This document shows, piece after piece, positions 26,601 through 40,055 of a stretch of DNA of 64,000 nucleotides. This DNA comes from Lytechinus pictus (Eukaryota), in NCBI RefSeq assembly GCF_037042905.1, contig NC_087252.1:1924001-1988000 (forward strand). The letters run 5' to 3'. Position numbers and translations under genes: made by a program. The notes below the pieces were generated by a model. That model saw nothing but the letters and a program-made list of their open reading frames with translations, ran no database searches and had not been told where the DNA came from. The stretch's first letter is position 1. Each line of letters starts with the position of its first letter.

Positions 26601-28693
26601 TCATGATTAAGGTCTACTTTTTTCGCATAACTATTTCAAAGTTCTGCGCAAATAATTTTTCACTAACTTTTCAAAAACTAAGTGGTGCTCACTCAAGCAG
26701 AAATATTTTTCGACAGTTATTTCGTCATTTGCTTAAATGGATCTATACCAATGTAAAAATGTGGAAAAATCTTTAGGATATTACAAATGTATAATTTTAC
26801 AGGATTTTTTCTAAGTGTAAACTTGTTTTTGATACGCACTGTATTATCTACACATTGACTAATTGTACAAATTAAACCATAAATACCATCGCTCTTTGAC
26901 CTATCCGTCTTATGAGGTTGCATTAATTCTTCGGATTTTGAAGAGTCTTGAATGCCATCAGGAGGTGAAGGTCGCGAAGGTTCTGTGTTATTCCTTGTTT
27001 CAAGACCTGCAAGCAAATTTAAGTAAGAAAAAACTGTTAACTCATAATTATCTATCTCGTAAATTAATTATGACCATATAACTTTATTTAAGTTTCCATT
27101 AAAATCGTGTGGCAGTTTCCGGATTGTGTTTGGTGCATGTCATCATACTACCATGCTACAGTTGCATTCTGAACGAGACTCTCTCCAAACTGACTGACGG
27201 TGTGTCATTGCTGAGGACATATCACGTTTAATAGAGGGGTTGTGGCTCAGTGGATAAGTGTCCGGACTGTGAACTACAATGTTCGGGGTTCGAATCCCAT
27301 GCACAGTCACTCGCAACCTTTGGCAAGGCGTTCCCCAGCTAGGTGTAGTAAATTGTTAACTGGTAGGAAGGAATTCGTTGAATGCTCGAGCACCTAATCA
27401 GGTTAGCCATGTTAGCACGTGCAATATAGTAGGGGAAGGCGGGGGTAAGTTGAGCATAGGGGCAAGTTGAGCCACCACCCCCAGGCCAATAATGTGAGTC
27501 AGACCTTGTGGTGGTGTCATGTATCGATGACCCATTACATAACCCTTTACCCCACCACATTGTTTTCGACTTGGAAACAAAAAGTACTTTTTAGAGGGAA
27601 AAATACAAATTTCAGCCAAAAAAGTAAAAAAGGGTGCAAAATAGATCAGTGCTTTTTACCCACATACGTCTTTAAATATGATAAAGAAATAAGAACAATA
27701 TTGTTAGTCCAGGTATTGATCTTCATTCTTGGCATTGTCTTTTACGTGATGGATGCATAAGAAATGTGTGGATGTGAAAATATCGCATTATTTAAAGTTC
27801 GGACTGGGGTACTTTGAGCCAGCCAACATGGGGCAAGTTGAGCCATGGTAATTCGTATGGTAATAATATGGTATAATAAAAAAAGAAACAAACCTTGAAA
27901 AGCTAATGATATGCAGGCAGAAAGGTGCAAATTCACATGACAGTTCTTTTACTTTTAGAGGATGTTAGTATTTATAGAGAATAGGCAAGTGAAAAGACTT
28001 GAAATAAAAAATTGACATGCTGGTTCTTCCCGCATACATTTTGTACATAGTTTTTGTGGCTCAACTTACCTTACAAGGTGGTACAACCCACCCCACAGAT
28101 GGGGCAAGTTGAGCCATTTGACATCGGTTTTTTCAAAGGTCACAATGAATTTCCGAGTGTGGGGGTAGAAAGTTATTTATAGCTGACAAATATTTCGCAA
28201 GAATCAAATTTATAGGCAAGGTACTTATTTCTACAATATTATTAGTCATATCAATTCTAACATGCAAAATGCAAAAAGTGTCACAACTTACCCCGCCTTC
28301 CCCTATGTAGCGCTTTATAGAAACATTGTATCAAGCGCTGTATAAATGCTGCATATAATCATTATTGTTGTCATTATCATCATTATTATTTTTTTTTCTA
28401 CCCGGAGGTAGATTTTACTTATGCAACACTATCTTAAGTCTTGTAAAGCAAATATAGAAAATACAGAGGTATAAAGTAATGGTAACACATCTAGATTCAA
28501 ATTCAGAACAGTGGTAAAAACAATCTAATTGAAGCATACAGTTGCGCTCAAAAGGCAGGGCCCTGGGAACGATTTGTTCAGTGGGGGCGCTAAGATCTCT
28601 CCTCAAAGGTGGGGGGGGGGGCGGACACAATTGAGTTTTCCATTGTTCTTTTATATACACACACACACACATACACTCACCCTCACACACCCT

Positions 28694-28731
<38 letters not shown>

Positions 28732-31700
28732 AATATATGACAGTCACTTCTTAGCTTTATTCTTATAAAAGAACATAGATATATAATTAGATAATTCGAG
28801 CGCGAAGCGCGAGCTATTTTTTTTTCTCGAAATTTCATGTATTTTGTCCTGAAAATTGAACATTTTGAGCAATTTTTGTGGTCCTGAACAAGACGCGTAT
28901 ACGTGTAACAAATGATAAATGCGAGCGCGAGCAGATATTTTTTATATACGCTCTGGCCTGATCGAAAGGGACGTGTTATAAGGACTGTTTACAGTTACCC
29001 ATGAAGACGATACATATATCAAGAATCAAATAATGCGAGCGCGAGCAAAAAAAATGACATTCCGACCTAAATATTGGACATTCTAAGTACTTTTTAAAAT
29101 CATAAACAGGATAAGTATACAACTATACAATTGATGCGAGCGCGAAGCGCGAGCGAAAACAAAATTGAGATTTCAGACAAAAAAACAAGACATTCTAAGC
29201 ACTTTTCTAATCATGAAGAGAATAGGTATATAACTATACAATTGATGCAAGCGCGAAGCGCGAGCGGAAATAAAATGAGATATCAGACCTAAAAACGGGA
29301 CATCTTAAGCACTTTTCTAATCACGAACAGGATATGTACATGTAAGTATAAAACTATACAATTGATGCGAGTGCAAAGCGCGAGCGGAAACAAAATTGAG
29401 ATTTCAGACAAAAAAACAAGACATTCTAAGCACTTTTCAAATCATGAAGAGAATAGGTATATAACTATACAATTGATGCAAGCGCGAAGCGCGAGCGGAA
29501 ATAAAAATGAGATATCAGACCTAAAAACGGGACATCTTAAGCACTTTTCTAATCATGAACAGGATACGTACATGTAAGTATAAAACTATACAATTGATGC
29601 GAGCGCAAAGCGCGAGCGGAAACAAAATTTGAGATTTCAAACCTAAAAACATAACATTCTATTCATATTTTGTAAATCAAGAAAATGATGGGTAATTGGA
29701 TATCTTCCTATATTAATAATACGAGAGCGAAGCGCGAGCAGAAATTGTTTGATATTCTGATCTGAAACTATAATCTAAGTACGTTTAAAGGAGTAATTCA
29801 TACTGAGTTTAATATTGTTTGAACAGATAAAGAAAAAGCAGACAAACAAAAAAATAAAGATTTGATCAAAATCAGACAAGGAATATCAAAGTTATTGCAT
29901 TTTAAAGATTAGCATTATTCCGGTGTAACAGTGTTAGGCATGTCTTCATTAATATTCAATGAGCAAGCTGATGATGTCATATCCCCATTTGTTCTTTTGT
30001 ATTTTATTATATAAAATTAGGTTTATTCAATATAATCCCTCAAAGAAAAAAAAAAGGTGAATTGACAACTGATTTAGTCCATAAGATATTCTTTGCTGCA
30101 ACTCACTTCATTATAAGGGAGGCATATCATTCACACTGGTATGAAAAAAATGAAATAATTTTTTATTCCATGTAATAACATAAGAAAACGAAAAAGAATA
30201 GTGGGGATGTGACATCATCAACCCACCTATTAAATATTCCTGACGACATGCATATCACCCTTTTCAAAAAGTATTCCTAAATTTTAATTAAATAACTTAA
30301 CTATTTGTTATTTAAACACTATTTCAAGTACTGTGTCGGAAAATACCGAAGTGGGGGAGGGGGGGGGGGGGAGGTTTCTACAAAACGTCGTTAATTTTCA
30401 TTACAATTCTGTCATTTATCATACCTACCAGATTTCCAGGAGGTGCTGTCTATGAAAAAACTCGCAGCACCCTCGAATTTTGGGGGTGATTCACCGCCAG
30501 CACCCCAGGGCCATGGAGCAGGGTGAAAAAGACTCTGAAATTTTATTTCTATTGTCTGACTTGTAATTGTTAATACGAAACACGGGCGGTCGGGCACACT
30601 TGATTCGACATAAAACCTGGAAGTTTCAAATCCAACCACACCCATGTCCCTCCCTGCTATCGAGTAGTGTGTATGGTTATCACGTATCGCGCGCGACCAC
30701 GTCTGTATCGGAGCTTGATCGAGTTTATGTTATTGGAATGTTAAAGGCAGTAGTAAATGATTTGTAATTGTCGGATGTGATAATTATGTACATTATAACA
30801 AAACTTAAAATACAGGGGGAACCTATTTTGTGGGGGTGCTGCCCATGGAAAACAATACACGCAGCACCCCCACGAAAATTTATGGGGGTGCTTTAGCACC
30901 CAAGCACCCCCGCTTCCCAGGTCCATGTCAAAAGGTAGTGAACCCCACTACAAAATTCACTCCATGCGGAGAGTTGAATGTTGATAACAACGCTACATTG
31001 TTTGGCGAGCCGAAAGAAACAAACTAGATTGAATTTAATACTTTATCACCCGACTTCACAATAAAAAATGTCTAAAACTTGGCAGAACTTGAACACTTGA
31101 AATATGATCATTTTTCTGGTAGGGTTACTCTAACATTTGAGCACCACTGTCATGATTGTATTTAGCTCACCTTGTCAAGACGGTACCTATCATGACTTCA
31201 AGTGAGAAATCAACGAAACCTTCTTTCAGAATTCGATCACTGAGGAGAATGCGTTTCTGCAGATTAAATGGTTGACTTCTAAGTGTGTAAACCCACTGGT
31301 CAAGGACTTGCTTCAGGTAAGATATTCCTTCGAAGAGTTCGACACGAACTTCTAGGATCCGAGATATCCTAGATGCAACATCCTTCCTAGTTGCCTCTTG
31401 CATATCCTCGAGAATGACCTTGTTTTCAGAGTCGAGATGTTCTGGGTGATGAACATTAAGAAGAATTTATCCAATTTATAATCTAGTGATAACATCACTT
31501 AGCCATATCGATGAGCAAAATAATTCCCATGTGCGTCATCTTTCCAAGTTGCTCTGATAAGCGAGGGAGCGCAAAGGGTAAACTAATTAAACACAGTGAA
31601 CTGTCAACTGCACTACAAAATCCGCAAGAAATAAATCGTGTTCAAAATCATTGGCCCGATCTGGCAAATTATACTTACTGCTACTAAAGTGACGTCGTGA

Positions 31701-34536
31701 AATGACACCACTAATTTTTATATCATCATCAAAACATTTATCGCAAAAAAGCGTGTTCCAAAATTAATAACACATTATAATCTGCCATTAAAAGTATTGT
31801 AAATCCTATATTAGGCGCTACACATGCTTACTTAAAAAAAACCCAACACACAGTCAATCTGTAAGCAAAACATTTTATTTAATTTTAAATTTCATCTTGA
31901 ATTATTTATTAGCTTATTGTTTCTTAACTGTAAATAAAATATTTTTTTCACGATCATGAATGCATAATCCATATACCATTTTCTAGTAGTTTGGTCAGTT
32001 CAGCTGAAAAGGTCCCGAATCCTTTATCATGGAGGCGTTTGCACAATTGTTGACGTTGCTCCTTATTCTGGATTTGGCTTTTCACGGATTCTATAAAGAC
32101 CTTGAAGACATGCACGTAAGTCAGTTTGTCGTCCGAATAGATGTTCCTAACCCCTAAAATGTTGGCCATGATTAGGGCTTGTCGAGACATGATAGTATCT
32201 ACAAGATATTTCATGACGTTTCCAGCCTGCTTTCCACTGCGATGAAAGTTACCTGAAGATGATATATAAATATAGATTCCATATTACAATTCCCCTCTCC
32301 TTTTTTTTTGTCTAATTCGATTCAAAATATTTCGACTGAATTTAAAGAAATGCATTGTGATTATCATAAATACTAGCGTTGTTTGGTAGTCCGGATTGGC
32401 TGATAAATGTCCTGCTTTTTCAAATCTGGATAATTTTCTCCTGTAATGCTGGTATGTTTTGGTCTAACAAAAGGACATATCACCTGTAATAATTCCAAGC
32501 GCCTTTTCTTTCCCTAGAACTGGATAGACTGCCTCAGCCAGTGCTGTCCTCCAATTGTATATTGGGCATTTCACCAAAGACCTCCAATACCTCAGCATGT
32601 CCATGAGGTCTGTTACTTCTCTGTTTATTCCAAGATTCTGAAGAATTTCGTTGCGGTTCGCCTCTTTGGAACCTTCTCCAAAGCTGACGTCACACAGATC
32701 AGCGTATGATAATTCATATGCTATATAGAATGGAAAAACACGGAAAATAAAATTAATATCACACAGCCACACACGTTTTATACACTATGAAAATACTATA
32801 AAAATATTGGGTAAAATTTTAACCAGCACGACGGTAATTATGTGTCCAACCAATTTGGGGCGGTATTTTACCCAATGCGGGTAGCGTACTGTCTGTTACA
32901 TTTTGTGACTTTTGATTCAGTGACCAAGATGCTGTACATGTCATTTTATTTCTTTGTAATAAAGATAATAATTTCCTGTTGGGTATGTGATTACTAATGG
33001 ATATTGCACCATACCTGTGTACAAAATTGTTTATTTCTATGGGGGGAATTTTTGTGTGCAGCCTTTGAAAGAAGTGGGTACTTTCTTTTGCTGGCCAGTT
33101 TAGTTTAGGTCCATGAAATAGACAAGGATAAGGTTTCTAATTATGTTCTAAACTGTAGCTGCAAATTATAATTATGTACTATTCATCGTTTCATCAAAGA
33201 AAATGTGCACGGTTACAAAATAAAAATGACAAAATTGATTACCGTACTTCAGCAGATGACTAATTTCTGGGAAGCCTGGTTTTAGAATATTACACAGTTT
33301 TCTGCCCGTCTTTTTGTTTATCAAGACTCCTACTGTTCCTCTGGACATGATAGGAGTCAAATAAAGTCGTTTGTATGATCTTAGTTTGTCTTCGGATATG
33401 CCGAGGGCCCTGGCCAGTGGATACACATCTGTCATCAAGAGACGAAAGGCTATATCGACGAGCTCCATGAGATATAAATCTCCCTTGTTTTCCAATGGAA
33501 CGAGGGCTGCAGGGCATAAACGAAAAAAAAAAACTAACAAAACAAATAAAACCCCAATGAAATTATGGACACGTTCAATAAAATATTATGAACAATAATA
33601 TATAAAAAACAAAACATTGACCCATTTAACAATTATAAAATTCATATTTATTTGTACCACCTTAAGGGACTAGTTCACCTAAAAAAAGTTGATTTGAATA
33701 CAAATATAAAAATCTAACACGTATAATATTGAAAATGTCAAGAAATTTATTTTGAAATAAGAATTGTTTCACGTAATTTCAGTTATATACACACCCTGAT
33801 AGGTATGCAAATGAGGGAACTGATCACATCACTCACTCACTATTTCTTTTCATAGGCGGATCCAGCTTTTGGCGAAAGGGGGGGGGGCGCACTGCCGAGC
33901 GGCGCACATATTTTTGCACTTCACCGGCGCCAAAAGAAAATGTTGAAAAAGGGGTAAAATCTGACCCTATCAAATGCTCTTTTCAAAATGTAGGATTTCC
34001 AGTCATACCATTTTGCATGACCACACGCAGATAATATTTCCGGGGGGGGGGGGGGGGCAAGACTCGACAATTTGGTGCACATCTCACATTTGCATATTTT
34101 TCATAGTTTTCATGAAATGTTAAGGAAAAAAAATAGTTTTTCACAACAGCAGATCGCGAATGTGCCCCCCTTCCCCCTTGCTGCGTACGACCATTCCCTG
34201 AAGTCCACTTAAACATATTTCATTATAACAGAAAATATACATCAATTTAAACATATAATCTAAAACATATATAGAGAGAGATTGAAAAACTTATTAAAGA
34301 AAGAAACAAGCAAAAAGTAACACAAATTATGCATGTTATGTGCGATTTCAAAATCTCGTGTATTAACCCTTTTATTGCGATGAGGCCAATACTTTTGTAT
34401 ATTAATAGAGATACAAGTTTTTTTATACTAATGTATATATATATATACACAGGGGCGTCGATCCTTTTTTTAAGATTTGGGAGGCAAAATCATGAATCAA
34501 CTTTCCAAAGGCGCTCGATATCACACAAAACAAACT

Positions 34537-34573
<37 letters not shown>

Positions 34574-37500
34574 TTATATGACTCATGAGATAGAAACACA
34601 TATCTCACCAACAAATTAATGCGAGCGCGAAGCGCGAGCTGAAATTTTTTAATATACTGACCTGAAAACAGGAAAAAGGTGCCTGTTTAGGACTGTTCGT
34701 AGTAAACCATGAGGAGGATACATATCTCACTACACAGATAATGCGAGTGCCGAGGGCGAGCTGAAATTTCTTTATATTCTGACCAGAAAGCTTGATATTC
34801 TATGTATTTTTGGTACCAATGATTAAGATGGGTATCTACAAAAAACAATAGATGCGAGCGCGAAGCGCGTGCATAAAATTTTGATATTTCGATCTGAAAA
34901 AAAATGACAGTTTAATGGACGTTTGTAATAAAGAACAAGATTATATCCAGCAAAAGATTATTGCAAATCGAAGCGGGAGTTCTTTTGACGTTTAGAACTG
35001 AAAACGGGACATTCTATTCACCTATTTAATCATAAAAAGTATGGAGTTTTGCTACAGAAATGATGCGAGCGCGAAGCGCGAGCTGAAAAATTTTATATTC
35101 CAATCTGAGAAGCGGATAATTTAAGCACGATTTTAAATAAAGAACGAGTTGTGTAGCTCAATCTCAATATACGACTGGTTGCGTAATTATACACTCCCGG
35201 TACTAGCAACGGGTTTTAGCAAAATTTTGGGCTAAAATATCGAATCATCTTCATAAAACACTATAGTAGCTGTCTTAAACTAAAGGCCATAGAGGTCGCA
35301 CAATGTGGAATGTGTAAAGAAGAAAAGTGACTGACCTTCTTTTTATTAAAGCATTGGAAAATAAGATCAAAATTAAAGGATTTGCTCTACGCTTTTGTAT
35401 GATTCTGGGATTTTTTAAATAAATTAAAGATTTCATGACATCTGTCATTCTGTGGGCAACTGCCCCGCCCCAGTCCACTCTGTAAGGGCATGCGATAAGC
35501 TTTGTTATGACCATTCAACAATAAAATGTATAACCAGGTGCCGCTGATCATTCTTGACCGGCGCCGATCTAGATTTGGTTGGCAATAGGCCCTTCTTCAT
35601 TATTTTACCGGCGCCTATTTATTGGAACCAGGGGACGCTGATTATTCTTGACCGGCACCGATTTAGAACAAGTAGTGCTGATTATTTTTGCCGACGTCAC
35701 GTAAGATTCAGGCAGCGGCAATTCATAATTGACTGGCGCCGATTTAGAACCAGGAGGCGCCGATTATTCTTGACTGGCGCCGATTTTTAACCAGGTGGTG
35801 CTGATTATTCTTGTCCGGCGCCGATTTAGATTTAGGTGGCGCAGATTATCCTTGCTCGGCGCCGGTTAAGACTCTGGCAGTGCCGATTTTTCTCGACTGG
35901 CGCCGATTTATAACCAAATGGCGCTGATTTTTCTTGTCTGACGCCGATTTAGATTAAGGTGGCGCTGATTATTCTTGATTGGCGCAAGTTATATGCAGGC
36001 AGCGCACTGCTGATTATTTTTAACAGGCGAAGTTGTTGGGAAAAGGGTAGTTAAAAAAAAGATAAGGAAGATGATATGATTGTGCTTCGCTGGGGGATAG
36101 TCTTTCCTTACTGTTGCTAATATTATATCAGTGTATATTTTTTTTAAGCGGCGCCTTTTCTTTTCTTTCCTTTATTTTTATTTTTTCAAGCAGCGCCTTT
36201 TCTTTCTGAAGGCGCCGCTCAAATATTAGGGGGGGGGGGGCGCCCCCTGCGCACCCCCCTGGATCCGCCACTGCTTTTGTATTCTTTTAAATGAATTATG
36301 AAACATTCTCCTCATCGTCAAGTGAAATAAAATTTATCCCTCCCTGAGCTTGTGGAAATGCCAATGTTTTAACATTTAATGGTTCAGTCAAATTGGTCCT
36401 TATCGCTATGTAATGGTACACATATATATGGACTGCTATGATAGGCACGGTTGTTTCTAGAGGCTCAAGGGGACCGCAGTTCAATTAAATTAAAACAACA
36501 TTAATGGTGAGGCACATAATCGACTCTCTAATTTGCATTTCACTGAGTTGTTCATAAAAATCTTTTGTGAAATATAAGTAAAACTTTTTTATTGACTTTC
36601 TTATTTTGTATCTTATTTGATAAATTTTTAGCGTTGTTCTTGTTTGATTTTCATCTATTGAATCAAATCAACATTCCGGGTGGCAATCGCGTAGCCAGGA
36701 TTTAATTTTGGAGGGGGCAGTATGTGCACGCGTAACCTGCCAACACTTACAGAGCGCGCTCCCTAGGGGGAGGGGGCAGGGAGGGGGAGTTTCCCCCTCC
36801 CTTTGCGGAGCGCGAAGTTTTAGATATCTCATCAAATTTTAATCAAAATAAGACGCCTCTTGCGTCCCTAATACCCTTATTAGCACGAATTCAATTGACT
36901 TGCTGTGATTAAAAGCAAAACCTGTTTTCAAAAGAAAATATGAGCGCCTACAAAATGGGAAAAGATTTAGGAATTCAAAATAGTTCCTCTTACCGCAGGA
37001 AGCGCGAAAGCCAATACGTTTTATTAAAAATTGAGAACAAAAGTAATATAAAATACCTACCTTAGTCACATCAGATTTGATTGTAAAAACTCTAGCCACA
37101 TTAAATTTCTTTTACTTGCAAAACATACTGTAGAAAGCTGATACATGCAGGGATCTCTTCCCGCGAATGGCAAGTTCCTTTCTCTGAAACTTTTACCTGC
37201 TCTAATTTTGTTATTTCTTTGATAATACGAAGAAAAATAAAGCGCAAAATGTGAAAGGGATGATGAAAGCTAGAAGAGGGAATTTTCCTTTCCCATGCAC
37301 GCGAAGCACGGATACTCCTTTGCCTTATTTTGGAAGAAAAAAATGTGTAATTTTGCTCAATATTAAGCACTTCCTTTTGTATGATTAAGAAACTTCAGTG
37401 ATATTCAAAATTTTAAATCGATGGTGCAAAACCAAAACAGGATCGGAGATGGATGTGCAGCGATATAGAATAAAGTTTCATCGTACCTACTTTTGCATAT

Positions 37501-40021
37501 CTCATAGCACGGCACGAATATAATGCTTTCCCCTTTAAGCAGAAGCTTAGCCAACAAATTGCTTGCTGAAAAACGGAAAAATAGCATTTGGGGACTCGGG
37601 GGGGGGGGGGGGTGACGGTATAAAAGTTTACCCGCTCTGAACAGAAGAGCCGAAATTTTGTGTCAGTGCAATTAACAAAATGCTATTCATACTATCCATG
37701 TCAACTTTATAATTTCTGGCAAGAATGCGATTCCCATGGCCGGGGAAGGGAAAAAACGGAGTAGGATAAAGGTGTGGGAAACAAAGGGGAAAGGCAATTC
37801 TGATATTTTGTATGAAGAGAGAAATAAACATCTAATTTAGGTTTTTATTCTTTTGACATGTTTGACAAAAAGAAAGAAAAAACCAATTAAGCTATGCCCT
37901 TCTTCTCTTTTCTCCCTTCGCTTTTTCTTTTTCTCCCTTTTCCCCTTATTTTTTTCTTTTTGGGGGCGTTCGGGGGGGGGGGTGGGGCGACCGCCCCCAC
38001 CACCCCCTGGCTACGCACCTGCCGGGTGGACCTGAACGTTAATCTTTGCGTGAGACTTTGTGGAAAGACCTCGATCGTTTTTCTTATTCCCAGCCAGTAT
38101 GATGTTACATTTACCTTGTCTTTGCCTTACCTTCCTTTCCAATTAGTTTTAACTTTACTCGAAGCCTTTCTCTGCAGTTTGCCTGTCGATCTTCAGCTCG
38201 TTCCTTCTCCATCCAAGTTTTGATTGCAGAGAAACAGTCTTGTCCTTTAAGATCACCGAATAATGTTATCATTTCTTTTTGATCAAGATACTTTGTGATA
38301 CTTTGTATTTCACCATCACTAATACTGTCAGCAGGAAGGGCATCTGTAAAGAATTAGTATGGAATGCAATACTAAGAAAGACCAAATGAAAAAAAAAATT
38401 ATTCATAAGCTTTACATAATACATGTATAACAAAGGCGAATGTAAGGAGTTGGACAAAACTAATAGATTGTATTGTGAGTTGTAGATTGTGCTTTCGATA
38501 TAATTGCGAATGATAGATTTTGAAATAATATTACAAGGATGAAAATGTCAAATGCTCATGTAAATCATCTGAATCATCTTTTCGACAACTGCAGATAAAC
38601 AAATGAATTTCGTACAAAAGGGTATACATACCTTCAGCACGTTCTGTATCACATGCCTGTTTAATTTCTTCCTCGCGCTCCGGTATTAAGTAACTGCTAT
38701 ATCCGACCAAATAACCTACAGAATAAAGAAGCACAAAAATTGTATCAGTACATTATTGCATAAGTACATTTGTTTTTACTGTATTTGATATAATTTAAGT
38801 AGTATGAGTGTAGCTGATCAGCTGACGTGTGTCAATTATCAAACCAAGTTCTTGAAACCTGAATCTTCAATGTAACATACCTTTTAGATCAGAGCGTCCG
38901 ATACTAATTGCTGCGTGATCTAGTTCACATCTTCTGATAATATGATGGCTATTTTCCAAACTTTCCTTTTCTTTGGTTAAATCATCTTCACTCCTCTCTT
39001 GTTCAGTTTCCTCATGCCTCAGCCAATCGCCGATCATCGACTGAGTATCAAATACGTGTTCATTGTTTTCATCGCTGATGGTGGCGATCTTCTCATTGGT
39101 CAGTTCAAGAGCACTTGCCAAAATGTGACAATGTCTGCGAGTCAGCTTCGAGGTAAAGTATTGTAACTCCTCATTTGATATGGGTTGATCAGGTACTAGA
39201 GATACAAATACATGCGATTAAAATACAAATTAAAAGCCCGGTCTGTTAAATTACAGAATTAACGGTGTCGAAATAAAGTCAGAACAGAAGTAAACATGAA
39301 CGATCAGGAACTGTCGTACATCTTACATAAATGAATTAAAATGAATTGAAATGACTTAACCCTATCAAGGCAGGGAGGGGGGGGGGGTAGTATCGCGCAA
39401 TATTTTCGCCGCACAATGTTCTTTGACCGCGCCGCTCGCTGCCTTTTTCGTTTTAGGTCTTGTGCATCTTTTTTAAAACTAACTAAACGACGCCCAGGTA
39501 CGCGGCTCCGTAATTATGCACAATTCTGTTAGTGCATGTTAGACCAAAAATTGCTCAAAAATGTGATTTCGTGTACAAAGTCAAAGCAAATTCAGTTTTC
39601 AACCAAAAATCATTAATGTATGACTATATTTAGTTTTGCTGGTCTAAATGGATTTAATTATGCTGTTTATGATCTCTAATAAGTCCTCGACAAAGCTCAA
39701 TGAAAATAAAGAAAAACAAAAGTTACAAAAACAAACAAATACATTAAAAAATTGCAAAAGATCCATATAATACATACGAAATTGATCTACGTCGCAATTT
39801 TTTTCTTCATGAATTCGCTAAGAACGACACAGAGTAGTTTATACCAACAGTTAAAACATTTGGAACTTTATTTACGGAAGAAAAAGTATGACTTTGCATA
39901 AATTAACATAATCACTAATAGCAATTTGCATGAAATAAATTACTATTCATTTTTGTACATTACATGTATGTCACACACAACCTGCATGCCAATTTTCGGC
40001 GTGACCGCGCGATCGACGACC

Positions 40022-40055
<34 letters not shown>

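Larger units (their letters stand above)
33666..38038. mobile_element. Kolobok-like MITE carrying nested insertions
   Basis: Pieces 33666-33850, 36274-36683 and 38022-38038 reconstitute the 10669-11268 family. TTAA at both ends. Confidence 0.65.
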
